Both the position numbers and the translations under genes were made by a program. Positions 55,429 to 64,000 of a stretch of DNA of 64,000 nucleotides are shown one piece after another. The stretch spans positions 3,744,001 to 3,808,000 of the forward strand of contig OZ251459.1 of the NCBI GenBank assembly GCA_965242525.1, given 5' to 3'. How positions within the stretch are numbered: position 1 is the first letter of the stretch; each line of letters opens with the position of its first letter. Below the pieces are notes generated by a model. The model ran no database searches. It was not told where the DNA came from and was given only the letters and a program-made list of their open reading frames with translations. The DNA is from an uncultured Candidatus Binatia bacterium (GTDB taxonomy: Bacteria; Desulfobacterota; Binatia; UBA9968; JAJDTQ01).

Positions 55429-57510
55429 TCAGTCCCAACCCAGCCAGACGAACAGGTCCCCGGGCGGGAAGGGCAGATGGAGCATCATGTCGAAGATGCC
55501 GGCAAAGAAGAGGTAGGCCACCGCGGTCAGGACCACGGAGACGAGCCAGCCCTCCCGGGCGCCGAGCTTGAGGTAGAGGAAGGTCGCCACCAGCGACGAC
55601 CACACGAACCCGATGAGCCATATGGAGAGGAAGAACCCCACCACCCAGGCGCCGATGGCAAGGGTCCGCCTGCGGGTCTCCGCGGGCGGGATCTCCTCGA
55701 CATCCTCCACCCCCTCCTCCCCGTGGACCACCACCCTGGACCGGGTCATGATCTCCTTCCCGAACACCGCCAAGCTGACGGCGAAGGCCGGAAGCCCGAT
55801 GATGAGCGGGAACAGGGCCGCGCGCTCCTCGTCCGCGCCGAAGCCGAAGAAGCACTCGCGCAGCACGTAGGCGAACAGCGCGACGAAACACAGGGCGAAG
55901 ACCCCGTTGGCCACGCGCTCGTTGCGCGAGACCGCCTCCGTGGTCTTGGTGATCCCGGGCACTGCGAAAGCGGCTTCGTGGCGCTCGGCCCGCTTCCGTT
56001 CCCGGTAGGCCTGGAACAGGGGGTAGAACAGCCCGGCGAGGATGAGCAACATGATGACCAGCACCCCCGGCCGCAGCAGGAACCCGGCCCCATAGACCTT
56101 GGTCGCGATGAAGAGGTTGTTCTCCGCGATGCCGCCGAGGACGAGACCCAGCAGCAGCGGCGGCCGCTGCCAGTCGAACTTGACCATCAGCCACCCCACC
56201 AGCCCGAACACCAGCACCATGACGATGTCCCCGAACGCATTGTTGACGGCGAAGCCGCCCAGGTAGATCAGCATCAGGAGGAACGGGATCAGGTAGGTCC
56301 CCTTGACGAACGTGATCCTCGCCAAGTGGTTCAGGAACAGCAGGCACACCGCGACCGTGATGACGTTTGAGACGACGATGATCCAGACGAAGGAGAACGT
56401 CAGGTCCAGGTGCTTCTCGGGGTCGAGCAGGTCCGGCCCCGGCACGATGCCCTGGATGATGAAGGCCCCCAGCAGTATGGCCATGGAGACGCTGCCGGGC
56501 ACGCCGAAGGCGATGGTCGGCACCAGCGAGCCGCCCTCCTTGGAGTTGTTGGCGGCGCCGGGTCCGAGGACGCCCTCGATGGCGCCCTTGCCGAAGCGGT
56601 CCTTGTCCCCGGGCGAGCTCTGCACCGCGTGGGCGTAGGCCACCCACTGGGCCGGCCCGCCCCCGAGTCCCGGAATGAGGCCGATGTAGGAGCCGATGGC
56701 GCTGCACGACAGCACCAGCTTCCAGTGGCGGAAGGTGTCGATGACGCCCTGCATGACGCCGCCCAGCTTGCCGGTGGACTGGCGCGCGATGCTGGTCCCC
56801 TGGACCGACAGGTCGATGATCTCGGGGATGGCGAACAGGCCCACGGTCACCGACACCAGCGAAAGGCCGTCCCAGAGGAACAGCGCCGCGTCTTCGCCGA
56901 TGACCGGATCGAGGGTGAAGCGCGGCACGCTCTCGATGGGGTCCAGGCCGATGGTGGAGAGGACGAGCCCGAAAGCGCCGGTGCACAGGCCCTTGAGGAT
57001 GTTGCCGCCGCTCAGGGACGCCACGAAGGTGATCCCCAGCAGGGCGAGCATGAAGAACTCCGAGGAGCCGATGGAAAGCACCAGCGGCTGGACGATGGGT
57101 ATGGCCAGGGCCAGGGCGAAGGCGCCGAAGACGGCCCCCACCAGCGAGCTCATGAGCGCGGCCCCCAGGGCGCGGCCGGCTTCGCCCTTCTTGGCCATGG
57201 GGTGGCCGTCCACGATGGTGGCCGCGGTGATGCCTTCGCCAGGCACGCCGAAGAGGATCGAGGTGATGTCCCCGGTGGTGGCGGTCACCGCGTTCGAGCC
57301 CAGGAGGAACGCGAACGCGGTGGTGGGGTCCATCTTGTAGATGAACGGCAGCATGAGCGCCAGCGTGGTGGCCCCGCCGAGTCCGGGCAGGATGCCCACC
57401 ACGAAACCGATGGCGATGCCGATCAGCATGAAGATGAACGGGTCCTGCCCCGCGGCGGTGAACGGCAGGATGTTGGCCAGGCCGGCGAAGAACGAGTGGA
57501 AATGGTCCAT
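55429..57510 (-). CDS. Tripartite tricarboxylate transporter TctA with fused C-terminal TctB-like domain
   Basis: GILPGLG, VPGE, DGHPMA, GAANNS, GVPGS; about 170 extra hydrophobic residues ending LPFP.G. Confidence 0.9.
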   Translation of the reverse strand: MDHFHSFFAGLANILPFTAAGQDPFIFMLIGIAIGFVVGILPGLGGATTLALMLPFIYKMDPTTAFAFLLGSNAVTATTGDITSILFGVPGEGITAATIVDGHPMAKKGEAGRALGAALMSSLVGAVFGAFALALAIPIVQPLVLSIGSSEFFMLALLGITFVASLSGGNILKGLCTGAFGLVLSTIGLDPIESVPRFTLDPVIGEDAALFLWDGLSLVSVTVGLFAIPEIIDLSVQGTSIARQSTGKLGGVMQGVIDTFRHWKLVLSCSAIGSYIGLIPGLGGGPAQWVAYAHAVQSSPGDKDRFGKGAIEGVLGPGAANNSKEGGSLVPTIAFGVPGSVSMAILLGAFIIQGIVPGPDLLDPEKHLDLTFSFVWIIVVSNVITVAVCLLFLNHLARITFVKGTYLIPFLLMLIYLGGFAVNNAFGDIVMVLVFGLVGWLMVKFDWQRPPLLLGLVLGGIAENNLFIATKVYGAGFLLRPGVLVIMLLILAGLFYPLFQAYRERKRAERHEAAFAVPGITKTTEAVSRNERVANGVFALCFVALFAYVLRECFFGFGADEERAALFPLIIGLPAFAVSLAVFGKEIMTRSRVVVHGEEGVEDVEEIPPAETRRRTLAIGAWVVGFFLSIWLIGFVWSSLVATFLYLKLGAREGWLVSVVLTAVAYLFFAGIFDMMLHLPFPPGDLFVWLGWD

Positions 57511-57746
57511 GCCTTGGTCTTCGGGGGTCGAGGGTTCGAGTCGAAACGGAAGAGCGTCGTGCCCGCGTCAGCCCAGGGGGCCCGCGGGCGGTCACCCGTC
57601 ATGGGAGAGGTAATGGACTGGCCTTTATCGCGTAAATCCGGGAACCTGTCAAGCGCGGCCCCGGGTTTCGGGAAAGCCCGCGCCGCCCGCGGACCGGCTA
57701 CCCTGGCGCGGACGGCGGGGACGGAGACGCGGCCCTCCGGGCCGGT

Positions 57747-58181
57747 TCACGGCGGTCCGGACGCCAGCGACTCGTAGCTCGCGCCCTCGCCGTTCTCCCG
57801 GCTCACCGGAAGCCCCAGGCCGGCCCAGCCTTCGGCCACCACCTGCCCGTAAGGGTCGCGCAGGCCGCCGAACCCGCCGCGGACGCTGGCCACGTCCCGG
57901 TAACCCTGCCGCTCCAGCAGGTTTGCCGCATTGACGGACCGGGGTCCCGCCTGGCAGCCGAGCATCAGCTTCCGGTCCCTGGGGAAATGCTTCGCCACCA
58001 CGTCGAGGAAGTCCGGGTTGTATACCATGCCCTGGGCGGGGTCGTGGAACGCGATGGGGATGTTGACGGCCCCTTCGGGATGGCCCGCGGCGAACTCCTC
58101 CACCGTGCGCACGTCGATGTACACGCTTTCGGCGTCCTGCCGCAGGGCGTCGCATGCCTCCTGGGGCGAAATCTCTTTCAC
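57747..58181 (-). CDS. Rhodanese-like protein
   Basis: IDVRTVEEF..GHPEGAVNIP, CQAGPRS. Confidence 0.92.
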   Translation of the reverse strand: MKEISPQEACDALRQDAESVYIDVRTVEEFAAGHPEGAVNIPIAFHDPAQGMVYNPDFLDVVAKHFPRDRKLMLGCQAGPRSVNAANLLERQGYRDVASVRGGFGGLRDPYGQVVAEGWAGLGLPVSRENGEGASYESLASGPP

Positions 58182-58200
58182 GGTCCTCCCTCCTCGGTCT

Positions 58201-58974
58201 TCACATGCCCATGACGTTGTAACCCGCGTCCACGTGCACCGTTTCCCCGGTGACGCCGCTCCCCAGGTCGCTGGCCAGATAGACCGCGGTCCTGCCGATC
58301 TCCGCGGGGTCCACGTTGCGCTTGAGCGGCGCGCGCTCGCTGGCGTAGCGGAGCATGTCCCGGAACCCGGCGATGCCGGCCGCGGCCAAGGTCTTCACCG
58401 GGCCCGCGGAGATGGCGTTGACCCGGATCCCCTCCGGGCCCAGGTCGTAAGCCAGGTAGCGGACGCTCGCCTCCAGGGCCGCTTTCGCCACGCCCATGAC
58501 GTTGTAGTTGGGGACCACCTTCTCGGACCCCATGTAGGTCAGGGTCACCACCGAGCCGGCGCGCCCCTTCATCAGCCCGGCGGCGTGGCGCGTCAGCGCC
58601 ACCAGCGAATAGCTGCTGATGTCCAGCGCGGTGTGGAACCCCGCGCGCCCGGTCTGCAGGTAGGGTCGGGACAGGTCTTCCTTGTCGGCGTAGGCGATGG
58701 CGTGGATCAGGATGTCGAGACCTTCCCAGCGGCGGCCCACCTCCTCGAAGACCGCCTCGATCTCTTCGTCCCGGGTGACGTCGCACGGCAGCACCAAGTC
58801 CGAGCCGATGCCTTCCGCCAGCGGCCTCACGCGCTTCTCCAGGACTTCGCCGGCGTAGGTGAAAGCGAGCTCCGCCCCCTGGGCGTGCAGCTCCCGCGCC
58901 ACCGCCCAGGCAATGCTCCGGTCGTTGGCCACGCCGAAGATCAACGCCTTCCTGCCCGCAAGGATTCCGGCCAT
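58201..58974 (-). CDS. fabI: Enoyl-ACP reductase
   Basis: GVANDRSIAW, ISSYS, PNYNVMGVAKAALE, NAISAGP. Confidence 0.96.
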   Translation of the reverse strand: MAGILAGRKALIFGVANDRSIAWAVARELHAQGAELAFTYAGEVLEKRVRPLAEGIGSDLVLPCDVTRDEEIEAVFEEVGRRWEGLDILIHAIAYADKEDLSRPYLQTGRAGFHTALDISSYSLVALTRHAAGLMKGRAGSVVTLTYMGSEKVVPNYNVMGVAKAALEASVRYLAYDLGPEGIRVNAISAGPVKTLAAAGIAGFRDMLRYASERAPLKRNVDPAEIGRTAVYLASDLGSGVTGETVHVDAGYNVMGM

Positions 58975-59600
58975 TTCCGCTCCCTCGCCTCCTCCGCCCT
59001 GGAGGACGGCTGTTTCAGCCCCCTTTGCCAGAGGTGCTCCGTCTCCCCCAGGTTCGCGCCCACCCATCGCCCGAGGACGAAGAACAGGTCGCTCAACCGG
59101 TTGACGTAGCGGAGGGGCCACTCGCCTACGGTCTCCAGCCGCGACAGCCGGAGGATCTCCCGCTCGGCCCGCCGGCACACCGTGCGGCACTGGTGCAGTT
59201 GCGCGCTGACGGGTCCGCCTCCGGGCAGCACGAACGACTCCAGCGGCCGAAGCTCCTTCTGGCGCTCGTCCATGATCCGTTCGAGCCGGGCCACCTGCTC
59301 CCCGCCCATTCGGTGCATGCCCTCGTGGACGAAATCCTCCGGCGTAGCGAGCTCGCCGCCCAGGTCGAAGAGCTCCTGCTGGACGTCCCGGAGCACCGCG
59401 TCGAGCCCGCGGCGCAGTTCAGGCGTCCCCTTCCCTTCCCGGTTCCACGCCCGGGCCAGGCCCACCACCGCGTTGAGCTCGTCGATGGCGCCGTATGCCT
59501 CGATCCTGGCCGAGTCCTTGGGCGCGCGCTTGCCGCCCACCAGGGCGGTGGTTCCGTCGTCGCCGGTGCGCGTATAGACGCGGTTGATCCTGATGGCCAT
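58941..59600 (-). CDS. PduO-type cob(I)alamin adenosyltransferase
   Basis: VYTRTGDDGTT, YGAIDELN, FVLPGG, RTVCRRAER, YVNRLSDLFF. Confidence 0.94.
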   Translation of the reverse strand: MAIRINRVYTRTGDDGTTALVGGKRAPKDSARIEAYGAIDELNAVVGLARAWNREGKGTPELRRGLDAVLRDVQQELFDLGGELATPEDFVHEGMHRMGGEQVARLERIMDERQKELRPLESFVLPGGGPVSAQLHQCRTVCRRAEREILRLSRLETVGEWPLRYVNRLSDLFFVLGRWVGANLGETEHLWQRGLKQPSSRAEEARERKWPESLRAGRR

Positions 59601-59838
59601 CCCGAAAACCCCGACAGCGCTCAGGGTACAGGCTTCGAGGGAAAAATGCGAACCACGGGATGGATGCGAACCACGGGACCGTCCGATGCAGGACGCCGCC
59701 GGAGGGAGAGCGTGATTCCAACGGGGAACGACACCGGAGGAGGGGCGGCACGGGAAGACGAGGGGCGATGAAGGGTGGCGATGGAAGGGGGGCGATGGCG
59801 CGGACCATCGCCCATGCCGGTTCCCCGAAACCGTCACC

Positions 59839-59869
59839 GCGGGGGGAGGAGTGGACTCCATCCCCCCGC
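59839..59869. terminator. GC-rich hairpin downstream of the (GC)15 peptide gene
   Basis: GCGGGGGGAGGAGT/ACTCC(A)TCCCCCCGC inverted repeat; no U-tract. Confidence 0.3.
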
Positions 59870-59936
59870 CTCCGCGCGCCCCGACGACGGATCCTCACCT
59901 GCCGTTGGGGTCACCGTCCTCCGGACGTAGAGTATG

Positions 59937-60230
59937 TCAGTATGTCGTGTCGAATCCGAGCGACTCCATTTCCGGCGCAGTGCCGGACTCCAACGCATCC
60001 GCCGCGGCGCCGATCAGGTCGGCCACCGAATCGTCCGAATCGCTCGTGCAGCCACAGCCGCAACCACACCCGCAGCCGCAGCCACATCCGCACCCACAAC
60101 CGCAACCGCACCCACAGCCGCATCCGCATCCGCAACCGTGGATCTCCAGATCCAGGTCTTCGTCACGGGCGTCGAGCAGCCATGTGGTCGCCGCGGCGCC
60201 GGCCAAGTCGGAATCGTTGATGGTTTGCAT
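59937..60230 (-). CDS. 97-aa acidic peptide with central (Gly-Cys)15 tract; RiPP-precursor-like or metal-binding
   Basis: AAGGAG RBS 8 nt before ATG. The repeat (60048-60137) uses all 4 Gly codons and both Cys codons with no non-synonymous change. Confidence 0.85.
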   Translation of the reverse strand: MQTINDSDLAGAAATTWLLDARDEDLDLEIHGCGCGCGCGCGCGCGCGCGCGCGCGCGCGCTSDSDDSVADLIGAAADALESGTAPEMESLGFDTTY

Positions 60231-60443
60231 CTCTCGTTCTCCTTCCGTGTCGTGTTGTGGTCCAAAGCCCGCCTACACAGGAAAAGATCGACCGGTGGGG
60301 GGTGGACTTTAGCGGCGACCCCACCCGCGGGAGCGATTTTCCGCGCGGCCCGGGAGCCCGGCCCACGGGTCCGCGGACGTCAGGGAACGGACCGGGACCC
60401 CGGCCCTCTTCCCTGTCGGGCGCCCGAGGTGTTAGAAGGAGGC

Positions 60444-60884
60444 GTGGCGTCCACCCGCACACGGGTCGTCCTGGTCCTGCTGGGGCTGACCGTCCTTACG
60501 GGCTGCCTCCGGGAGGAGGAGATGAAGATGGTCTATGCCCAACGCTGTGCGAGCTGCCACGGCCCGGGCGGGAGGGGCGACGGTCCCGTGGTCCGGGCGC
60601 TCTCGGTGAAGGCGCCGGACTTCCGCGACACGGTGGCCAAACTGGACGTGATCGAGATCCGCCGCATCATCAAGGAGGGCAAGGGCATCATGCCGGCCTT
60701 CCGGCCGGTCCTGGAGAAGCACCAGATCCAGGACATGGTGCGCATGGTGCGGATGCTGAGCATGGAGGGGCGCGAGACCGAATGGTGGGAGAGGTTCGAG
60801 CCTCTCGTCTGGGCCCACTGCTCGGTGCCCTGGCAGTACGTGTACGAGTACCCCGCCCCGGGCAACGACAAGGGGAAACCCTGA
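60444..60884 (+). CDS. Monoheme cytochrome c, probably a lipoprotein
   Basis: AAGGAGG immediately before GTG (short spacing, start uncertain), lipobox-like LTGC, CASCH, axial Met in IMPAF. Confidence 0.88.
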   Translation: MASTRTRVVLVLLGLTVLTGCLREEEMKMVYAQRCASCHGPGGRGDGPVVRALSVKAPDFRDTVAKLDVIEIRRIIKEGKGIMPAFRPVLEKHQIQDMVRMVRMLSMEGRETEWWERFEPLVWAHCSVPWQYVYEYPAPGNDKGKP

Positions 60885-61145
60885 ACGATCATCCCCGTTC
60901 GTCCTGAGCCTGGCGCCCTGTTCTTGTCATGCACGGCGAATATGTCCCGCGCCGCATCTCTGCTGACAGAGCGACTGTTACAGGGTACTGGCAACAATTA
61001 ACCCCGTTCGTCCTGAACCTGGTGAAGCATCCGTCCTGAGCTTGGCGCAGCATCCCCGTTCGTGCTGAGGTAGCACGAAGCATCCCCGTTCGTCCTGAGC
61101 GTAGCGAAGCGAAGTCGAAGGACGCGCTCGAAGGACGCGCTTTCC
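60874..61145. repeat. REP/MITE cluster with tandem decaying cores
   Basis: GGAAACCCTGAACGAT overlaps the cytochrome stop; about 5 CCCGTTCGTCCTGA cores. Confidence 0.8.
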
Positions 61146-61206
61146 CGCAAGGAGAGGGAGTCCGGGCCGGAACGGATCGGACGTTCCGGGGGATCGTAAC
61201 GCAGTG

Positions 61207-62529
61207 TCAGGCGGCCGCGCCCGCAGGCGCCGGTCCCAGCGGGGGCGCCGCCTTCCTGGGCCGGATGCCCAGGGCGAACGCCGCGGCCATGAGTCCCATC
61301 CACCCACCGGCGAAGAACGCCATCTCGTATTCGCCCACGTAGTCGTAGAGCAGGCCGCCGCCGTTGGCCATCAGGGAACCGCCTATCTGGTGCGCCAGGA
61401 AGATCCAGCCGTAGATCCGCCCGATGGACTGCTTGCCGAAGGTCTGGCCCGCGATGGCGACCACCGGGGGAACGGTGGCGAACCAGTCGAGCCCATAGAC
61501 GACGGTGAAGATGAAGAGCCCGGGCACGTCGGTCACGAACGTCAGGTAGAAGAGCGCCGCTCCCCGCAGCGTGAACACCGCGGCGATGAGCTTCCGCGGG
61601 TCCACCTTGTCGGTCAACCATCCGGAGAACAGGGTGCCGACGATGTTCAGGCCTCCCATGACCGCCATGGCTGTGGCCACCGTGGCCGCCTCGAATCCGC
61701 GCTCCAGCGCGTGCGGCAGCAGATGGGTCCCGATGAGCCCGTTGGCGGTGCCGCCGCAGATGGAGAAGACCCCGCACAGGAGCCAGAAAGTGGGGGTCTT
61801 GACCGCGTCCCGGATGCCCATGACCCGGCCTACGGGCTTCGGGGCGTCCGTATTCGGCCCTGCCGGGGCGGGTTCGGCCCCGGGTCCCTCGTCGTAGGGC
61901 TCCAGCCCCACGTCCCCGGGTTTGTCGCGCATGAACATCCACACCAGCACCGCGGCAGCGGCGGTGCAGGCCACTAGCACGTTCGTGCCCGTGCGCCAGC
62001 CGACGTAGGCGACCAGCGCCAGCATGAACGGGATGAAGACGATCTGTCCCGAGGAGCTGCCGCTGCTGAGGATGCCCACCGCGAGTCCGCGCCGGGCGTT
62101 GAACCACCGATGCGCCACGGAAGCGGAGAGCACGCCGGACATGCCGCCGGCCCCGAGCCCCACCATGACTCCCCAGGTGAGCCAGAACTGCCACAACTCG
62201 TTCACGTAAGTGGCGCTGTACAGCCCCCCGGAGAGCAGGATCAGCGAGGTCAGCATCACCCGGCGCGGCCCGTACTTGTCGAGGATCCAACCCACCACCG
62301 GGGCGGCGACCCCGTAGAGCAGGAGGTTGATGGAAATCCCGAAGGTGATGGCGAACCGGGACCATCCGAAGTCCGCTTCGAGGGGATGGATCAGCACGGT
62401 GGGGACCACGCGGATGCCGGCCCCGTTGAAGCTGGAGAAGAAGGTGACGGCCACGATGAGCCACCCGTAATGGAAGGGCAGCGAGATGGGCGGGCGCGGC
62501 TTGGCCTGGGGGTTCCCGGGATAGTCCAT
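61207..62529 (-). CDS. MFS transporter
   Basis: GWILDKYGPRR (motif A), WFNARRGLA, GWLTDK; about 12 TM segments. Confidence 0.92.
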   Translation of the reverse strand: MDYPGNPQAKPRPPISLPFHYGWLIVAVTFFSSFNGAGIRVVPTVLIHPLEADFGWSRFAITFGISINLLLYGVAAPVVGWILDKYGPRRVMLTSLILLSGGLYSATYVNELWQFWLTWGVMVGLGAGGMSGVLSASVAHRWFNARRGLAVGILSSGSSSGQIVFIPFMLALVAYVGWRTGTNVLVACTAAAAVLVWMFMRDKPGDVGLEPYDEGPGAEPAPAGPNTDAPKPVGRVMGIRDAVKTPTFWLLCGVFSICGGTANGLIGTHLLPHALERGFEAATVATAMAVMGGLNIVGTLFSGWLTDKVDPRKLIAAVFTLRGAALFYLTFVTDVPGLFIFTVVYGLDWFATVPPVVAIAGQTFGKQSIGRIYGWIFLAHQIGGSLMANGGGLLYDYVGEYEMAFFAGGWMGLMAAAFALGIRPRKAAPPLGPAPAGAAA

Positions 62530-62611
62530 TGGATCTCACTTTCCGGGGGAGCGGGGAGACGGGGGAAACGAAGGTCCCTGCGAAGGCCCCGTCCCCGTCC
62601 CCCGGTCCCGG

Positions 62612-63589
62612 CTATTTCGGCAACGCGTCGCGCATGGCCTGGGTGTATTTGGTGTAGCTCTTGACGTAGTTGTCCAGGTCGCTCTCCGCGGCCTTGGAGT
62701 CCCCCGGCACGATGGGGCTCTTGGACTTGGCCAGGAACTCCCGGTATTCCGGATCGTTCATGGCCTTGACGAAGAGGTCCTCCAGGATCTTCTTCCGGTC
62801 GTCCGGCAGACCCGGTGGCGCCACGATGCTGCGGCCCACGTAGAGGCGGAGGTCGATGCCCTTCTCCTTTGCCGTCGGGGTGTCCGGAGCGTTGACCGGC
62901 CTCTGGTCGTGCAGGTGCAGGACCGGCCTCACGTCGCCCGACTTGATGTAGGAGGCGGTGGTGGGGTGGTCGATGGGCTGGAGATAGACGTCGAAGTCGT
63001 TCCGGATCATGGCCGGTATGCCCTCGCTGGTGCCGCGGTACCCGGACACCACGTCCATCTTGATGCCGAGCTCCCTGGCCGCCACGAACGTGGGGATCCA
63101 GCGCGACACGCCGATGCCCTCCACGCCCCACTTCACGCGGTCCGCCTTCTGGAGGTCTTCGAGGGTGTGGAAACGGGAGTCCTTGCCGACGATGAGGCTG
63201 TAGGGCTCGGCTCCCACCCGCGCGATGTAGGTGAACTTGGTGACGTCGTAGCCGGTCTTCTCGGCGCCGCTGATCAACTGCTTGCCGAGCATGCCGTCGG
63301 TGAACAGGTGGCCCAGGGTGTAGCCGTCGGGCCTCGCCTTGTACATGGCCACCGTGCCGATGACCAGTCCGCCGCCGGTGATGTTCTTGACCACGATATG
63401 GACGCCCTCGGGCAGGTACTTCCTCATGGTCCTGCCAATGGCCCGGGCCAGCCGGTCGAACCCGCCGCCGGGAGACCCCGCGACGATGATGGTGATGTTC
63501 TTCTTCGGGAAGTCGGCAGCCGCAACGGTCCTCGACTGCGCCAAGCCCACCAGGGCCGCCAGCAATGTCAACGCAACCCATTTCCTCAT
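62612..63589 (-). CDS. Tripartite tricarboxylate transporter substrate-binding protein (TctC/Bug)
   Basis: Signal peptide, FPKKNITIIV..PGGGFD, PDGYT, YRG, APPGLP. Confidence 0.92.
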   Translation of the reverse strand: MRKWVALTLLAALVGLAQSRTVAAADFPKKNITIIVAGSPGGGFDRLARAIGRTMRKYLPEGVHIVVKNITGGGLVIGTVAMYKARPDGYTLGHLFTDGMLGKQLISGAEKTGYDVTKFTYIARVGAEPYSLIVGKDSRFHTLEDLQKADRVKWGVEGIGVSRWIPTFVAARELGIKMDVVSGYRGTSEGIPAMIRNDFDVYLQPIDHPTTASYIKSGDVRPVLHLHDQRPVNAPDTPTAKEKGIDLRLYVGRSIVAPPGLPDDRKKILEDLFVKAMNDPEYREFLAKSKSPIVPGDSKAAESDLDNYVKSYTKYTQAMRDALPK

Positions 63590-63812
63590 GACGTCCTCCT
63601 TGTCCGTGGCTTCGCACCCGCCCGATTCCCGGGATTCCCGAGGTTTCGGGATTCCCAAGAGAAACACCATCCGGGAAGGTGTTGTCAAACCCTATTCTCG
63701 CGGGGGGTTCTTGCGCAGGTCCTCGGACCGCCCCGGAACGGGAGGCCGTCGGCCCGGCGTGGCGCGGCTGTCCGGCAGGGGTTCGCCCCCCGATCCGGCG
63801 AGAGTCAGGCAA

Positions 63813-63911
63813 GGAAACCCCGGACGATCCGGCAAGAGCAAGGCAAGGAAACCCCGGACGACGATTCCCCGTTCGTCCTGAGCGTAGCGAAGCGAAGTCG
63901 AAGGACGCGCT
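63813..63911. repeat. REP/MITE copy
   Basis: Two GGAAACCCCGGACGA ends, then the full REP core. Confidence 0.78.
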
Positions 63912-64000
63912 TATCGCCATCCGCTCAAGTGAAGTCCGGCGGTTCGCGTATCGGATCCCGCGGGGGCAGTTGCAGTTCCACTCCGCCCAAGGGGGCGAAG

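Noticed and set aside
59610-59930. Cobalamin riboswitch upstream of the PduO-type gene
   Set aside because: I could not find the conserved B12-box or GGGAA core motifs by eye. An Rfam scan would settle it.
59851-60312. Plus-strand Gln/His-Pro repeat ORF
   Set aside because: It is a shadow of the (GC)15 gene. Pro codons are restricted to CCR and CAN flips between Gln and His, exactly as expected if TGY/GGN on the minus strand is the selected frame.

Overview
High-GC bacterial chromosomal window. The gene content suggests a deltaproteobacterial/Binatia-like organism, but this is inference only. Layout: (1) partial larC and tRNA-Ala(CGC). (2) A ~22 kb all-minus-strand defence island (1254-23030) built on an SNF2 helicase-DUF3883 / DUF1156 adenine methylase / DUF499 ATPase core. 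Nine accessory genes are wedged between the core genes: three ABC-ATPase+nuclease modules, a Zn-ribbon-TIR protein, an AlbA/Schlafen protein, a GmrSD-type DUF262-HNH protein and an unknown protein. (3) Housekeeping and metabolic genes (thiolase+DUF35, SYLF protein, GT39, hydrolases, gloA, PpiD-like, mreBCD-mrdA-rodA). (4) A second accessory patch (39.7-48 kb) with two antitoxins whose toxins have decayed, a low-GC P-loop ATPase and a type ISP/IIG-like R-M gene. (5) trxA-pepA-folE, ptsP, a sigma-28 factor, an M48 protease, a TctA-TctB fusion, rhodanese, fabI, a PduO-type adenosyltransferase, cytochrome c, MFS and TctC. Three observations stand out. First, leftover copies of the core-gene ends sit at cassette junctions of the island, pointing to integrase-free, homology-anchored stacking of defence cassettes. 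Second, palindromic REP-like elements sit in frame inside the DNA-modification genes. Third, a small orphan ORF encodes leader-(Gly-Cys)15-follower with fully diversified synonymous codons (RiPP-precursor-like or metal-binding). All family assignments come from motif recognition by eye; no searches were run.
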